From Methanobacteriota archaeon (lineage in GTDB: Archaea; Thermoplasmatota; Poseidoniia; Poseidoniales; Poseidoniaceae), in the NCBI GenBank assembly GCA_038141355.1, contig JAYQHX010000002.1:1214478-1278477 (forward strand): 64,000 nt of DNA, written 5' to 3'. Positions 40,948-49,854 of this stretch are shown in pieces; position 1 is the stretch's first letter; each line of letters begins with the position of its first letter. The notes below the pieces were generated by a model. The model did no database searches. It saw only the letters and a program-made list of their open reading frames with translations, and was not told the origin of the DNA. A program made the translations under genes and the position numbers.

Positions 40948-42324
40948 TCAGTTCTTTACACAAATATTGCTAAACTCGGAAAAAAAGTCTACTGACCATT
41001 GTCCGCCTTCTCTACCTACTCCGGAATTTTTGACTCCTCCAAACGGCGTACGTAAGTCACGATGAAGCCAGGTATTGACCCAAATTACTCCAGATTCGAT
41101 TTGTTTTGCAACGTCAAATCCCCTACTTTTTGACCATACGCTACCGGACAAACCATACTCTGTGCAGTTAGCAATTTCAATCGCTTCACTATCAGTATTG
41201 AAACGGTGAACTGTGACTACAGGTCCAAAAATTTCTTCGGTTGCAGTTCGGGATTCATGGGAAATATTTGTGATAACCGTTGGCTGAATCCATGCTCCAT
41301 CCCTGTCTATGATATTCCCTCCATACAATATTTCACCCCCTTCTTGTTTTGCCAGTTTTATGTATGAATGCACCTTGTCTCTATGCTGTTTATTGATTAC
41401 TGGACCGATTTCAAATTCTTGTAATCCTTCCAAGTATTCCTTCATGAATTGTTCATAAATTGAGTCATGTACTAAAACCCTAGAACCACACAAACATATC
41501 TGTCCTGAATTTAGGAAAGAGGACCTGATTACACCTGGAACAGCGATTTCTAAATCAGCATCATCAAGTACTATGGCTGCATTCTTACCACCTAATTCTA
41601 GGCTTAATTTCTTAAACATTGGAGCTGCAGTTGCTGCGACTATTTTCCCTGTTGCCGTGCCGCCAGTAAAGGATATTGCCTTGATTTTTGGGTGTTCAAC
41701 AATTGCCTGTCCGACTTCTGGTCCGTATCCATGCACAATATTCAAAACGCCTTCTGGGAGACCAATTTGAATAGAAATTTTCGCCAAAAAGAATGCAGTT
41801 AATGGTGTCAACTCACTCGGTTTAGCGATTACAGTGTTTCCCATCAATAGAGCAGGTGCTATTTTCCAAGAAAGAAGGTATAGAGGTAAATTCCAAGGGG
41901 AGATTAGACCGACAATACCAACTGGTTTTCTCACTACCAAATTTGTCGCATCGCTCATGTCAAACCTTTTTTCTTCAATTCCTTTACCAAATTCTGCAAA
42001 AAATCTGAAATTGTAAACTGAGCGATTAGCATCGACATTGAGCGCAACCTCGTGAGGTTTTCCAGTATCAAGACTTTCAAGTCTAGCGATCTCTTCGATT
42101 TCTTCTTCTAAGGCATCGGCGATTTTTTCCAACCAAATACACCTTTCTTCAATACTGAGATTTGACCAGGTGGGTAGAGCTTTTTCCGCTGCCATTACCG
42201 CATCTTCTACTGATTTTGTCCGAGGTATACTTGCAATAATACTATCATCTAAAGGAGAAATGTCGTCGAATGTTTCTTCAGTTCTTACAAAACAACCTCC
42301 GACCAGATTCTGGACTTCAATCAT
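40948..42324 (-). CDS. Aldehyde dehydrogenase, 2-aminomuconate/2-hydroxymuconate semialdehyde dehydrogenase (AmnC/ALDH8-like)
   Basis: PWNLPLYLLSWKIAPAL, FTGGT, SLELGGKN, GQICLCGSR, EEIFGPV, RDLRTPFGG. Confidence 0.88.
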   Translation of the reverse strand: MIEVQNLVGGCFVRTEETFDDISPLDDSIIASIPRTKSVEDAVMAAEKALPTWSNLSIEERCIWLEKIADALEEEIEEIARLESLDTGKPHEVALNVDANRSVYNFRFFAEFGKGIEEKRFDMSDATNLVVRKPVGIVGLISPWNLPLYLLSWKIAPALLMGNTVIAKPSELTPLTAFFLAKISIQIGLPEGVLNIVHGYGPEVGQAIVEHPKIKAISFTGGTATGKIVAATAAPMFKKLSLELGGKNAAIVLDDADLEIAVPGVIRSSFLNSGQICLCGSRVLVHDSIYEQFMKEYLEGLQEFEIGPVINKQHRDKVHSYIKLAKQEGGEILYGGNIIDRDGAWIQPTVITNISHESRTATEEIFGPVVTVHRFNTDSEAIEIANCTEYGLSGSVWSKSRGFDVAKQIESGVIWVNTWLHRDLRTPFGGVKNSGVGREGGQWSVDFFSEFSNICVKN

Positions 42325-43436
42325 AAGTCCACCTCATACAGCCATCTATCCTTGTCTGGGTCCCATTCATCCCATGTTGGTATCGTCTTCAGAACTTCAT
42401 GTAGGTTAGATGGAACAATTCCTGGTACTATGAACGCTTTTTGACGATGGAGAGGGTAAGGATTCCTCAGTTCAATACCTAAGCATCCCAAAATGGCTCT
42501 CGCAAGATACCAAGTGGCCTGAGAATTCCAGCCGTGTGCGATTTTCACCACAATTCCTAGTCCGTTTGGATAATCAGGATGTTCAACGGCTAGACCAAGC
42601 AGTCCATCAGCGCCTTCTTTGGCAATTACTTTCCCATTACCAATTTTCAATATAGTCGAGTCTAATCTATTGAATCCGCCTACTAGATCAGGATGTTTGC
42701 ACATTGCTTCCCAAATCCAGTCTGAATCCTTGTCTCGGACCAGACCAGCATAAATCTTGGCTAATTCAGCCACAGTATTGGATACTGTAGGTAATCCACA
42801 TCCATCTTTTGCGATTCTGAGTGGACTCCAATCTTCTCCCAAAAAGCGCCTAAGTTGTGCAATATAGGCCTTGAATACCTCATGAGTTGGTAGAGTATAA
42901 CCTGCCCTATTCCAACCTTTTGCTCTGCATCCGGCAAGTATTGCTGCGTGTTCACCACTACATGTGTGATACCATCTTCTTGGCCTCCTTACCTGCCTAC
43001 CAAATTGGACTAATGGCACGTCAAGAGGAGTCAACATCAGAGGCCATTCGGCTTCATTTAGCAATGATTGGGCTGCTGCAACGTGCTCTGTATCGCCATT
43101 GTGACTTGCAACAGCGATAGCCTTCTGCTCCCAAGAGCAATGATTCAATTCATCGGTGAATGCTTTCAACATGAATGGCTTCATCATTGAACGACCATAA
43201 CACAAAACATTGCCGCCAAAAGAATGGATTACTTCATCGCCGTGACACCATGCTACTGCGCCGTGAATCGTAGTTTCTGAAACACCATTTCTTCGATAAT
43301 CGACAAGTGGTTCCCATTCAACATCTCTGCCGGTAGGAATTCCTTCGATATCCTCTCCCAAGGGAGAATTTGGGAATACTTCAGAACCAGGTCTTCCCGG
43401 TGCTACCGCTGAATTTCCATCGTGATTTAATCCCAC
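42321..43436 (-). CDS. L-asparaginase II (class 3, Rhizobium-type) family amidohydrolase
   Basis: RSMMKP, ASHNG, TCSGEH, DGCGLP, AKEGADG; stop overlaps the ALDH start. Confidence 0.82.
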   Translation of the reverse strand: MGLNHDGNSAVAPGRPGSEVFPNSPLGEDIEGIPTGRDVEWEPLVDYRRNGVSETTIHGAVAWCHGDEVIHSFGGNVLCYGRSMMKPFMLKAFTDELNHCSWEQKAIAVASHNGDTEHVAAAQSLLNEAEWPLMLTPLDVPLVQFGRQVRRPRRWYHTCSGEHAAILAGCRAKGWNRAGYTLPTHEVFKAYIAQLRRFLGEDWSPLRIAKDGCGLPTVSNTVAELAKIYAGLVRDKDSDWIWEAMCKHPDLVGGFNRLDSTILKIGNGKVIAKEGADGLLGLAVEHPDYPNGLGIVVKIAHGWNSQATWYLARAILGCLGIELRNPYPLHRQKAFIVPGIVPSNLHEVLKTIPTWDEWDPDKDRWLYEVDL

Positions 43437-43438
43437 AT

Positions 43439-44653
43439 TCAGACCTCCAAAAGGGGTACAACTTCATTCCACCAAGCTTCCATGTTGCGAATTACACGTT
43501 CATTGTCATGATTAAAGAAATCAAACCAGCACATTAGCCTATCATCTGGATGGAATCTTTCCCTAACCTGATTTGCGACTTCTTGTGGATTTCCAATAAG
43601 TGCATTATTGGCTGCTTTTTCGACTTTTGTGGGATCGAGTGTACCCTCCAATGCCTTCCAATACTCACCAAGAGCAAGTCTTGCTTCTTCCTTAGCGGCA
43701 GCAGATTGTTCATCTGGTGAGAGGCCATCCTCGGCATTCAAGAAAACGAATGTTGTTCTAGGCATATCTCTCCTCTGCCAATCACCACCATCACTATGGA
43801 ACACCTGTTTCATTCTTTCATGAGTTGAATCAATGATTTCAGGAGAGGTTATTGACAGATTGAAAACCTTCACTGGTAAGAACTGATTTACAAATTCCTG
43901 TGCTCTAGGGTCGTGGGTTCCAGCCACTAATTCTAATCTGTCTCGTGGCCAGTCCTTTGGTACAGTTGAAATTTCTTCAAATTCATATCTTCTTGAGATT
44001 TCTATATGCTCCGAATCTTTACCTGCTGCAGATTGAACAGAAAGCCAATCCTCATCTGTTCTGAAATTGTCTCGCGTCAATACAGTTTCCCTAATATCGT
44101 TAGAATGAATTGTGTCACCTCGAAGTAACTCGAAGGAATATTTCACTTGCTTCCATGAAAATTTGTCCACGTAAAGCAGGCCATGCCGCTTTTTCGATTT
44201 CATTTCTTGGAACTATGCCATATGGCTTTGCCATGAATTCGAATCTACCTGCACTGAATCCGACATGCAATTTTCTATTATCATCAAAAAAGAGAGGTAT
44301 TGAACTGTATTCGCAATCCTCTCTGCAAGAGCCACAGGCCCTCCTCCAGCGAGAATACTTACAACTGCTGAACCTACATCAATATTGGAAGTTCGCCTAA
44401 ATGATTCCAATGCGAGTTGACAAAAATCAGTACAAAGACCTACTTCTCCTTTCCAATGGGGAACCACAGGATTACTGTTCAATTGTTGAGTCACTGTAGA
44501 AAGATGTGATTGTGCAATCCATGCAACTCCGAAACCGAGTCTATCCGCCGCTTCTAATTGAGAAAAATAATTTGAGAACATTTCTGTTTCACTTGGCGTG
44601 AAGCCATTGTGGTCTGGAGTTTGAGAAATCGAGAAGAAAATGTCAAACTCCAT
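43439..44653 (-). CDS. Luciferase-like (LLM) flavin-dependent monooxygenase (compensating -1/+1 indels; ~404 aa)
   Basis: AADRLGF..AWIAQSH, GSAV, P..LAERI, LHVGFSAGRF (alternate frame ~44135-44290), LIGNPQEV. The two ORFs are in the same frame and are bridged by an open alternate frame. Confidence 0.82.
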
Positions 44654-44698
44654 AGGATGCCTCCATCACTCGGACTAAGAGCCAATGTATCAATATCA

Positions 44699-45487
44699 CT
44701 ATGATTCGGTAAGTTTTGCAATTCGCTGTTTTACTAAGTCAGGAACGATTTCTCCTTCTTCCATGAATTTAGTCATGATATCTGAAAGTTGAACCATTGC
44801 TTCATCAGGTTGGTCTGAAATTTCCGCTAAGTCCGCAAGACCCCACTTGGCAACTAATATTCCCGATAATTCGTTCAATTGAATTGCCAAATCGAGAGAT
44901 TCTATCAACAGATTTTGGGCATCTTCTAATTCTCCAACTGTTGCGTGTATGTGGGCTAAGTCTGCTAGTGCCTCCATTCTCTCAAAAGATTCCTTTTCTG
45001 GAATAATTTCCAATCTTTTCTTGAGATGCATTTTACTTTCATCAAACTTTTCTTCCTCTTTTGCAATATGAGCTAAAAGTGCATGACCATAGATCATTCC
45101 TTCGAGGTCGTCCACTTCTTCCCTGAGTCTCATTGAACGATTAGCGAAAGACATGGCCTCGTCGGTTCCGAGCGACATTAGTGCAGCATGATGAAAAATA
45201 CCTGCTGCAAGACCTTTCAGTCCTTCACTTTCGCTTGCCATTCCCAAACCGATTATTTCCTCCCTAGGACTATTTTGATGTTTCATTAATTCAAATTGGC
45301 ACCATCCTTGTTCTTCTGCATCGCTTGCTACTTTTACAGCGTGGTCGAGCAACCTCGTGACCAAATAATCACGACCTAGTTCCCGTGCTAACTCACTTAG
45401 ATGTAGTGCCAAACTAGTATTCATTGCTTCCATTCCTTCGCCTTCAGCAAACATTTCTAGCAATTCTTCAGCCTTCTGTTGACTCAT
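44699..45487 (-). CDS. TPR-like helical repeat protein
   Basis: Repeated helical patterns such as ALADLAHIHATVGELEDAQNLLIESL and A..GLADLAE. Start placed at MSQQK. Confidence 0.6.
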   Translation of the reverse strand: MSQQKAEELLEMFAEGEGMEAMNTSLALHLSELARELGRDYLVTRLLDHAVKVASDAEEQGWCQFELMKHQNSPREEIIGLGMASESEGLKGLAAGIFHHAALMSLGTDEAMSFANRSMRLREEVDDLEGMIYGHALLAHIAKEEEKFDESKMHLKKRLEIIPEKESFERMEALADLAHIHATVGELEDAQNLLIESLDLAIQLNELSGILVAKWGLADLAEISDQPDEAMVQLSDIMTKFMEEGEIVPDLVKQRIAKLTES

Positions 45488-45506
45488 TTCTGTCAAAATA
45501 ATCACC

Positions 45507-46292
45507 TTAGATTGAACGTAATCTACCGCCATCAACAGCAAGCGAAACTCCTCGAATTGCTCCAGAAATTGGCATGCAGAGATAAGTGATTGCAGCAGCT
45601 GTTTCAAGTGGATCTATCAATCTACCAATTGGTACTTGGGAAATCCAACCATCGTGGATTTCATCTATACTTTTCCCAGTTCTGGCATTGATGGAATTAG
45701 CTAGTGATTCTAGCCTGTCCGTATCAGTAAATCCAGGTAAGACGTTGTTAATCGTAATACATTTTGGTAATTCACTGGAGAGCGATTTTGCCCAAGAGGC
45801 CATTGCTCCTCGGAGAGTATTAGATAAACCGATATTTGGAATTGGTTCTTTCACCGAAGTTGAAATAATGTTTACGATTCTGCCCATACCAGATTTTTCC
45901 ATCAAGGGTACAACACCTTTGGTTAATTGATGTGAAGCATGTAAATGACGCTTGAAAGGTGTGAGGAAATCTTCAGTGGAATTATCGAGAAGTGGACCGC
46001 CTGGAGGACCTGCTGCATTGTTGATAAGTATGTCACAATTTTCAATTGAAGAAATAAAATTACCAATTGCTTTTTCATCTTCTAAATCGAGGCTTATTTC
46101 ACTGTGTCCCTCTCCTTCAAAAGAGTTTGAAACACCATTTGGATTCCGACTTATTGCAGTCACTTTTGCTCCTGCCTTTGCCAGCATTTGTGCTGTAGCT
46201 TTCCCTATTCCTTTTGATGCTCCACACACAATTGCATGCTTGCCATCTAGTGCATTTATCGCAAATGGAAAGTCGTTTCCTAGCCAGTCCAT
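45507..46292 (-). CDS. SDR family oxidoreductase
   Basis: CGASKGIG, INNAAGP, RIVNIIST, SNTLR in place of YxxxK, NNVLPG, VDGG. Confidence 0.9.
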   Translation of the reverse strand: MDWLGNDFPFAINALDGKHAIVCGASKGIGKATAQMLAKAGAKVTAISRNPNGVSNSFEGEGHSEISLDLEDEKAIGNFISSIENCDILINNAAGPPGGPLLDNSTEDFLTPFKRHLHASHQLTKGVVPLMEKSGMGRIVNIISTSVKEPIPNIGLSNTLRGAMASWAKSLSSELPKCITINNVLPGFTDTDRLESLANSINARTGKSIDEIHDGWISQVPIGRLIDPLETAAAITYLCMPISGAIRGVSLAVDGGRLRSI

Positions 46293-46315
46293 GCATAGCC
46301 TAGATGAGTGATACA

Positions 46316-46323
46316 TTTGAACC
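46316..46323 (-). promoter_or_regulatory. Candidate core promoter element GGTTCAAA preceded by GTGAA
   Basis: 31 nt upstream of the SDR ATG at 46292. Confidence 0.5.
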
Positions 46324-46324
46324 T

Positions 46325-47080
46325 TCACAGCCAATCTTTGATGGCCTCTATCTGCGATAACCAATCATCACTTGCTACATCGATAATCGAATAGTGGTCA
46401 CCTGGCAACCATAATTTTTGGACCGATACTCCTTTCGCATTCATAGCCCGAACATATGATTCGGATTGAGTCCAAGGAACATCTGCGTCAGATTTTCCGT
46501 GGATTACCAAAACCGATGTCTTGGCAGGCATATCAATTGGATTAATACTTCTCCAAATCGATTCGTTTTCCTCAGGTGGGCAACCAATCCATCTTCTGAC
46601 AGCATCACCTTCGTCGGACAATTTAGCATGGTCGGCAGCAACCAGGTCACTTATCGGTGATTGTGCAATTGCAAGCCATGGTTTTCTTTCTGCTACAGCC
46701 GACATTAGCAAGGCTAAGTGGCCACCAGCGGAGTGGCCCATAATCATCGATCGTACAATATCTATTCCAGGAAGTAAAGCAAGTTGCCCCCAAGCTCGCA
46801 TGATATCTGAAAGTGTATCTTGCCAAACACCTTCGTCTCCATCTTCCCATCTCTTGTATTCAACATTCCAGGCTGCAATTCCGTTATCGGCCAATTCTTC
46901 TGCGATTGGAGCCATCAATTCCAAACCGTATTTTTTCTTCCAAAATCCGCCATGAATTAGCATTATACAAGGTATGCCTTCGTCTTTTTGAAAATCAGAT
47001 GGCTCATCTGGCATGTACAAATCTGCAAATTGCCATTCCTCTGCACCCCACTGCATGCGGTCTACTGACAATTTGATCAA
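46325..47080 (-). CDS. Alpha/beta hydrolase (HSL/arylformamidase-like)
   Basis: LIHGGFW oxyanion loop, GHSAGGH nucleophile elbow, HGKSDADVP, GDH. Confidence 0.85.
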   Translation of the reverse strand: MIKLSVDRMQWGAEEWQFADLYMPDEPSDFQKDEGIPCIMLIHGGFWKKKYGLELMAPIAEELADNGIAAWNVEYKRWEDGDEGVWQDTLSDIMRAWGQLALLPGIDIVRSMIMGHSAGGHLALLMSAVAERKPWLAIAQSPISDLVAADHAKLSDEGDAVRRWIGCPPEENESIWRSINPIDMPAKTSVLVIHGKSDADVPWTQSESYVRAMNAKGVSVQKLWLPGDHYSIIDVASDDWLSQIEAIKDWL

Positions 47081-47081
47081 C

Positions 47082-48487
47082 TCAAGGAGTGACTCGGCTT
47101 CTATCTCTCGGGAATAGAACTGTTTCTCTTACATTTCTAGAACCAGTCAGGACCATCAACAATCTAGCCACACCTAATCCCCAACCAGCGTGAGGAGGCG
47201 CTCCATATCGGAAACCATCGGTATAGAAAGTGAACCCTTCAGGGTCAAGACCTTTGTTTCGCAGATTTTGTTCGAGAATATCCACATTATGTTCTCTCTG
47301 GCCACCGCTTGTCATTTCGTCCCTACCATAATTTAGGTCAAAACCTCTGGACAACTGTTCGCCTGTTGTTCCAACCTCGCCTTCAACGTGGTGTATGTAG
47401 AATGGTTTCATCTCCATTGGCCACCTTGGTATGAAATGGAAACCAGGGTATTGCGCAGCAATAATATCACAGTGGGAGGAATCAATATCATCTCCCCAAG
47501 AAATTTCTTCACCTGCATCCTGAATCATTTTGATTGCATCACAGTATGAAATTCTTGGAAAAGGTAAACTTGGCACATCCACGGAAATAGGTTCGTCGCC
47601 TTGAGATTCACGGTATCTATTAATCGCTTCAACCTGTTCTTGGTCGTGTTCTGCTACCATTTTCCAAATGTGGTGAATCATTCTTTCTTGGACTCCCATC
47701 ACGTCTTCATCACTCATCCAAGCACCTTCAATATCGAAAGAAATGAATTCGTTCAAATGTCTGTACGTGTCGTGTTTTTCAGCTCTGAATGCTGGACCTA
47801 TCTCAAAACTCTTTCCATTCCACCAAGAACTGTAAGTTGCTTGTACAGTTGTGGGCTTTGTGATAAAAAGGCAGGAGTGTCAAAATACATCATTGGGAAA
47901 AGATTAGTTCCACCTTCTGATGCTGAAGCAATAATTTTTGGAGAATTGATTTCTTTGAATCCTTCTGTAATCAGATGCTCTCTCCCATATTGCAGTACCC
48001 TTGCTCGCAATGTAAACATTGCATTTACGTGCTCTCTTCTTAGGTCTAGGAACCTATTGTCTAATCTGGTATCCAAACCGATTGACACCGTATCGGTGAC
48101 GCCCAATGGCAATGGAGTATTTGCTTTTGATAATATTTGAACTTCTTTGCTACTACCTCGTATGACGGGGGGTACTGGTTCACCTTCAGGTACCTTAGGA
48201 GGTCTCTTTTCTGCGACTTCTCCTACGACTTGAATGGTTGATTCTCTGGACAGTGTTTGAGCAGTATCCAATTCTTCATCAGATACCATTCCTTCTTTCA
48301 AGAATACCTGAACTTTGCCTGTACCGTCTCTGATATCGATGAAACAAATTTTTCCTTTTCCTCTGTTTGCTTCCATAAATCCACAGATAGTGACATCTCT
48401 GCCGACAAGTTGTCCTCCATTGTTTTGTATTTCACCAAGAGTATGCGTTCTGTAGGCTGTCGGATGCCATGTGATATCATTCGCCAT
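47082..48487 (-). CDS. aspS: Aspartate--tRNA ligase, archaeal type (-1 indel at ~47805; probable hidden +1/-1 pair at ~48147-48172)
   Basis: OB fold FIDIRDG, RLDNRFLDLR, LSQSPQLYKQ, FRAEKHDTYRHLNEF (after frame repair), SGGQREH, GAPPHAGWGLG. Confidence 0.94.
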
Positions 48488-48571
48488 GTTTGAGGGCGGT
48501 AGTATTTACAAAATGAACTCATCGCTGGTGAAAACACAGTCTTGATAGATGATTAATTGTGGCGCTTTATC

Positions 48572-49799
48572 ATGGGACAAGACCTATTCACATCAGAAAG
48601 TGTGGCATCCGGTCATCCCGACAAGTTGTGCGATGCCATCAGTGATGCAATTGTTGATGCTTGTCTGTCCATCGATTCAAACGCTAGAGTTGCAGTTGAA
48701 ACCAGTGTAAAAGGAGGAGAAGAAAAAGGAATCATTCTTCTTGCTGGAGAAGTGACTCTGAATGGTGATCACCCAAATTATGAATCAATAGCAAGAGAAA
48801 CTGCGAATATGATTGGATACAACGACCATTCAATCGGTTTTGATGCGACCACTGCTAATCGATGTGAAGTTATTCAAAAAATCACAGAGCAGGCTGCAAA
48901 CATAAGTCAGGGAGTTAACAATACTGAACAAGGTGCTGGAGACCAAGGGTTGATGTTTGGATACGCATGTAATGAAACTGAATCATATGAAGAATTACGA
49001 GGGCGATATTTCCCTCGCAGCCGCATTATCTCAAAGATTAACAAGAAGAATGACTAATGCAAGAAATGATGGTACTCTTCCTTGGGCAAGACCTGATGCT
49101 AAGAGTCAAGTCACCGTAGAATACGAAAACGGAAAGCCTGTCAGAGTGCATACTGTTGTCATTGCAATTCAGCATGACGCCGCCTTAAAGGATAGGTTTG
49201 ATGGTGATGAGTCAAAGGAGCGAGATTACATTACTTCTGAAATTAGAAAGCACGTTGTTGAGCACGCAATTCCCGCATCCCTCATTCGAGAAGGCTACAG
49301 ATTAGTGGTCAATGGAACTGGCAGATTTGCCGACCCTGGAGGGCCATATGCAGATGCTGGTTTGACAGGTAGGAAAATCATTGTCGACACATATGGTGGA
49401 ATGGGTAGACACGGCGGTGGTGCTTTTTCAGGAAAAGACCCTTCGAAGGTTGACCGGTCTGCTGCATACGCTGCAAGATGGGCTGCTAAACATGTTGTAG
49501 CATCAGGGCTTGCAGATAGATGTGAGATACAATTGGCATACGTAATCGGAGTTGCAGAACCGGTTAGCATTAGGGCTGAATCCTTTGGTACGTCGCAAAT
49601 CACTGATTCTGAATTAACTACTAAAGTCAAAGAGATTTTTGATTTTACACCAAAATCAATCGCTTCTGATTTGGATTTGCTGAGACCGATTTATTCTACA
49701 ACTGCAGCAGGTGGTCATTTTGGGAGAACTCCAAATGTAGACGGGGCATTCCCTTGGGAACAACTTGATGAAAACAAAATTCAACAATTAAATTCATAA
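48572..49799 (+). CDS. metK: S-adenosylmethionine synthetase, bacterial/eukaryotic type (indel at ~49012)
   Basis: [63 protein letters not shown]. Confidence 0.95.
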
Positions 49800-49854
49800 A
49801 AATCGAGACTTATCGTCCGATTGGATGAAATGCCAGCATAGATTCGGAATAACC

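Noticed and set aside
44204-44215. In-frame UAG between the two LLM ORFs as pyrrolysine/readthrough
   Set aside because: An alternate frame across ~44135-44290 encodes the expected LHVGFSAGRF segment, so a compensating indel pair explains it.
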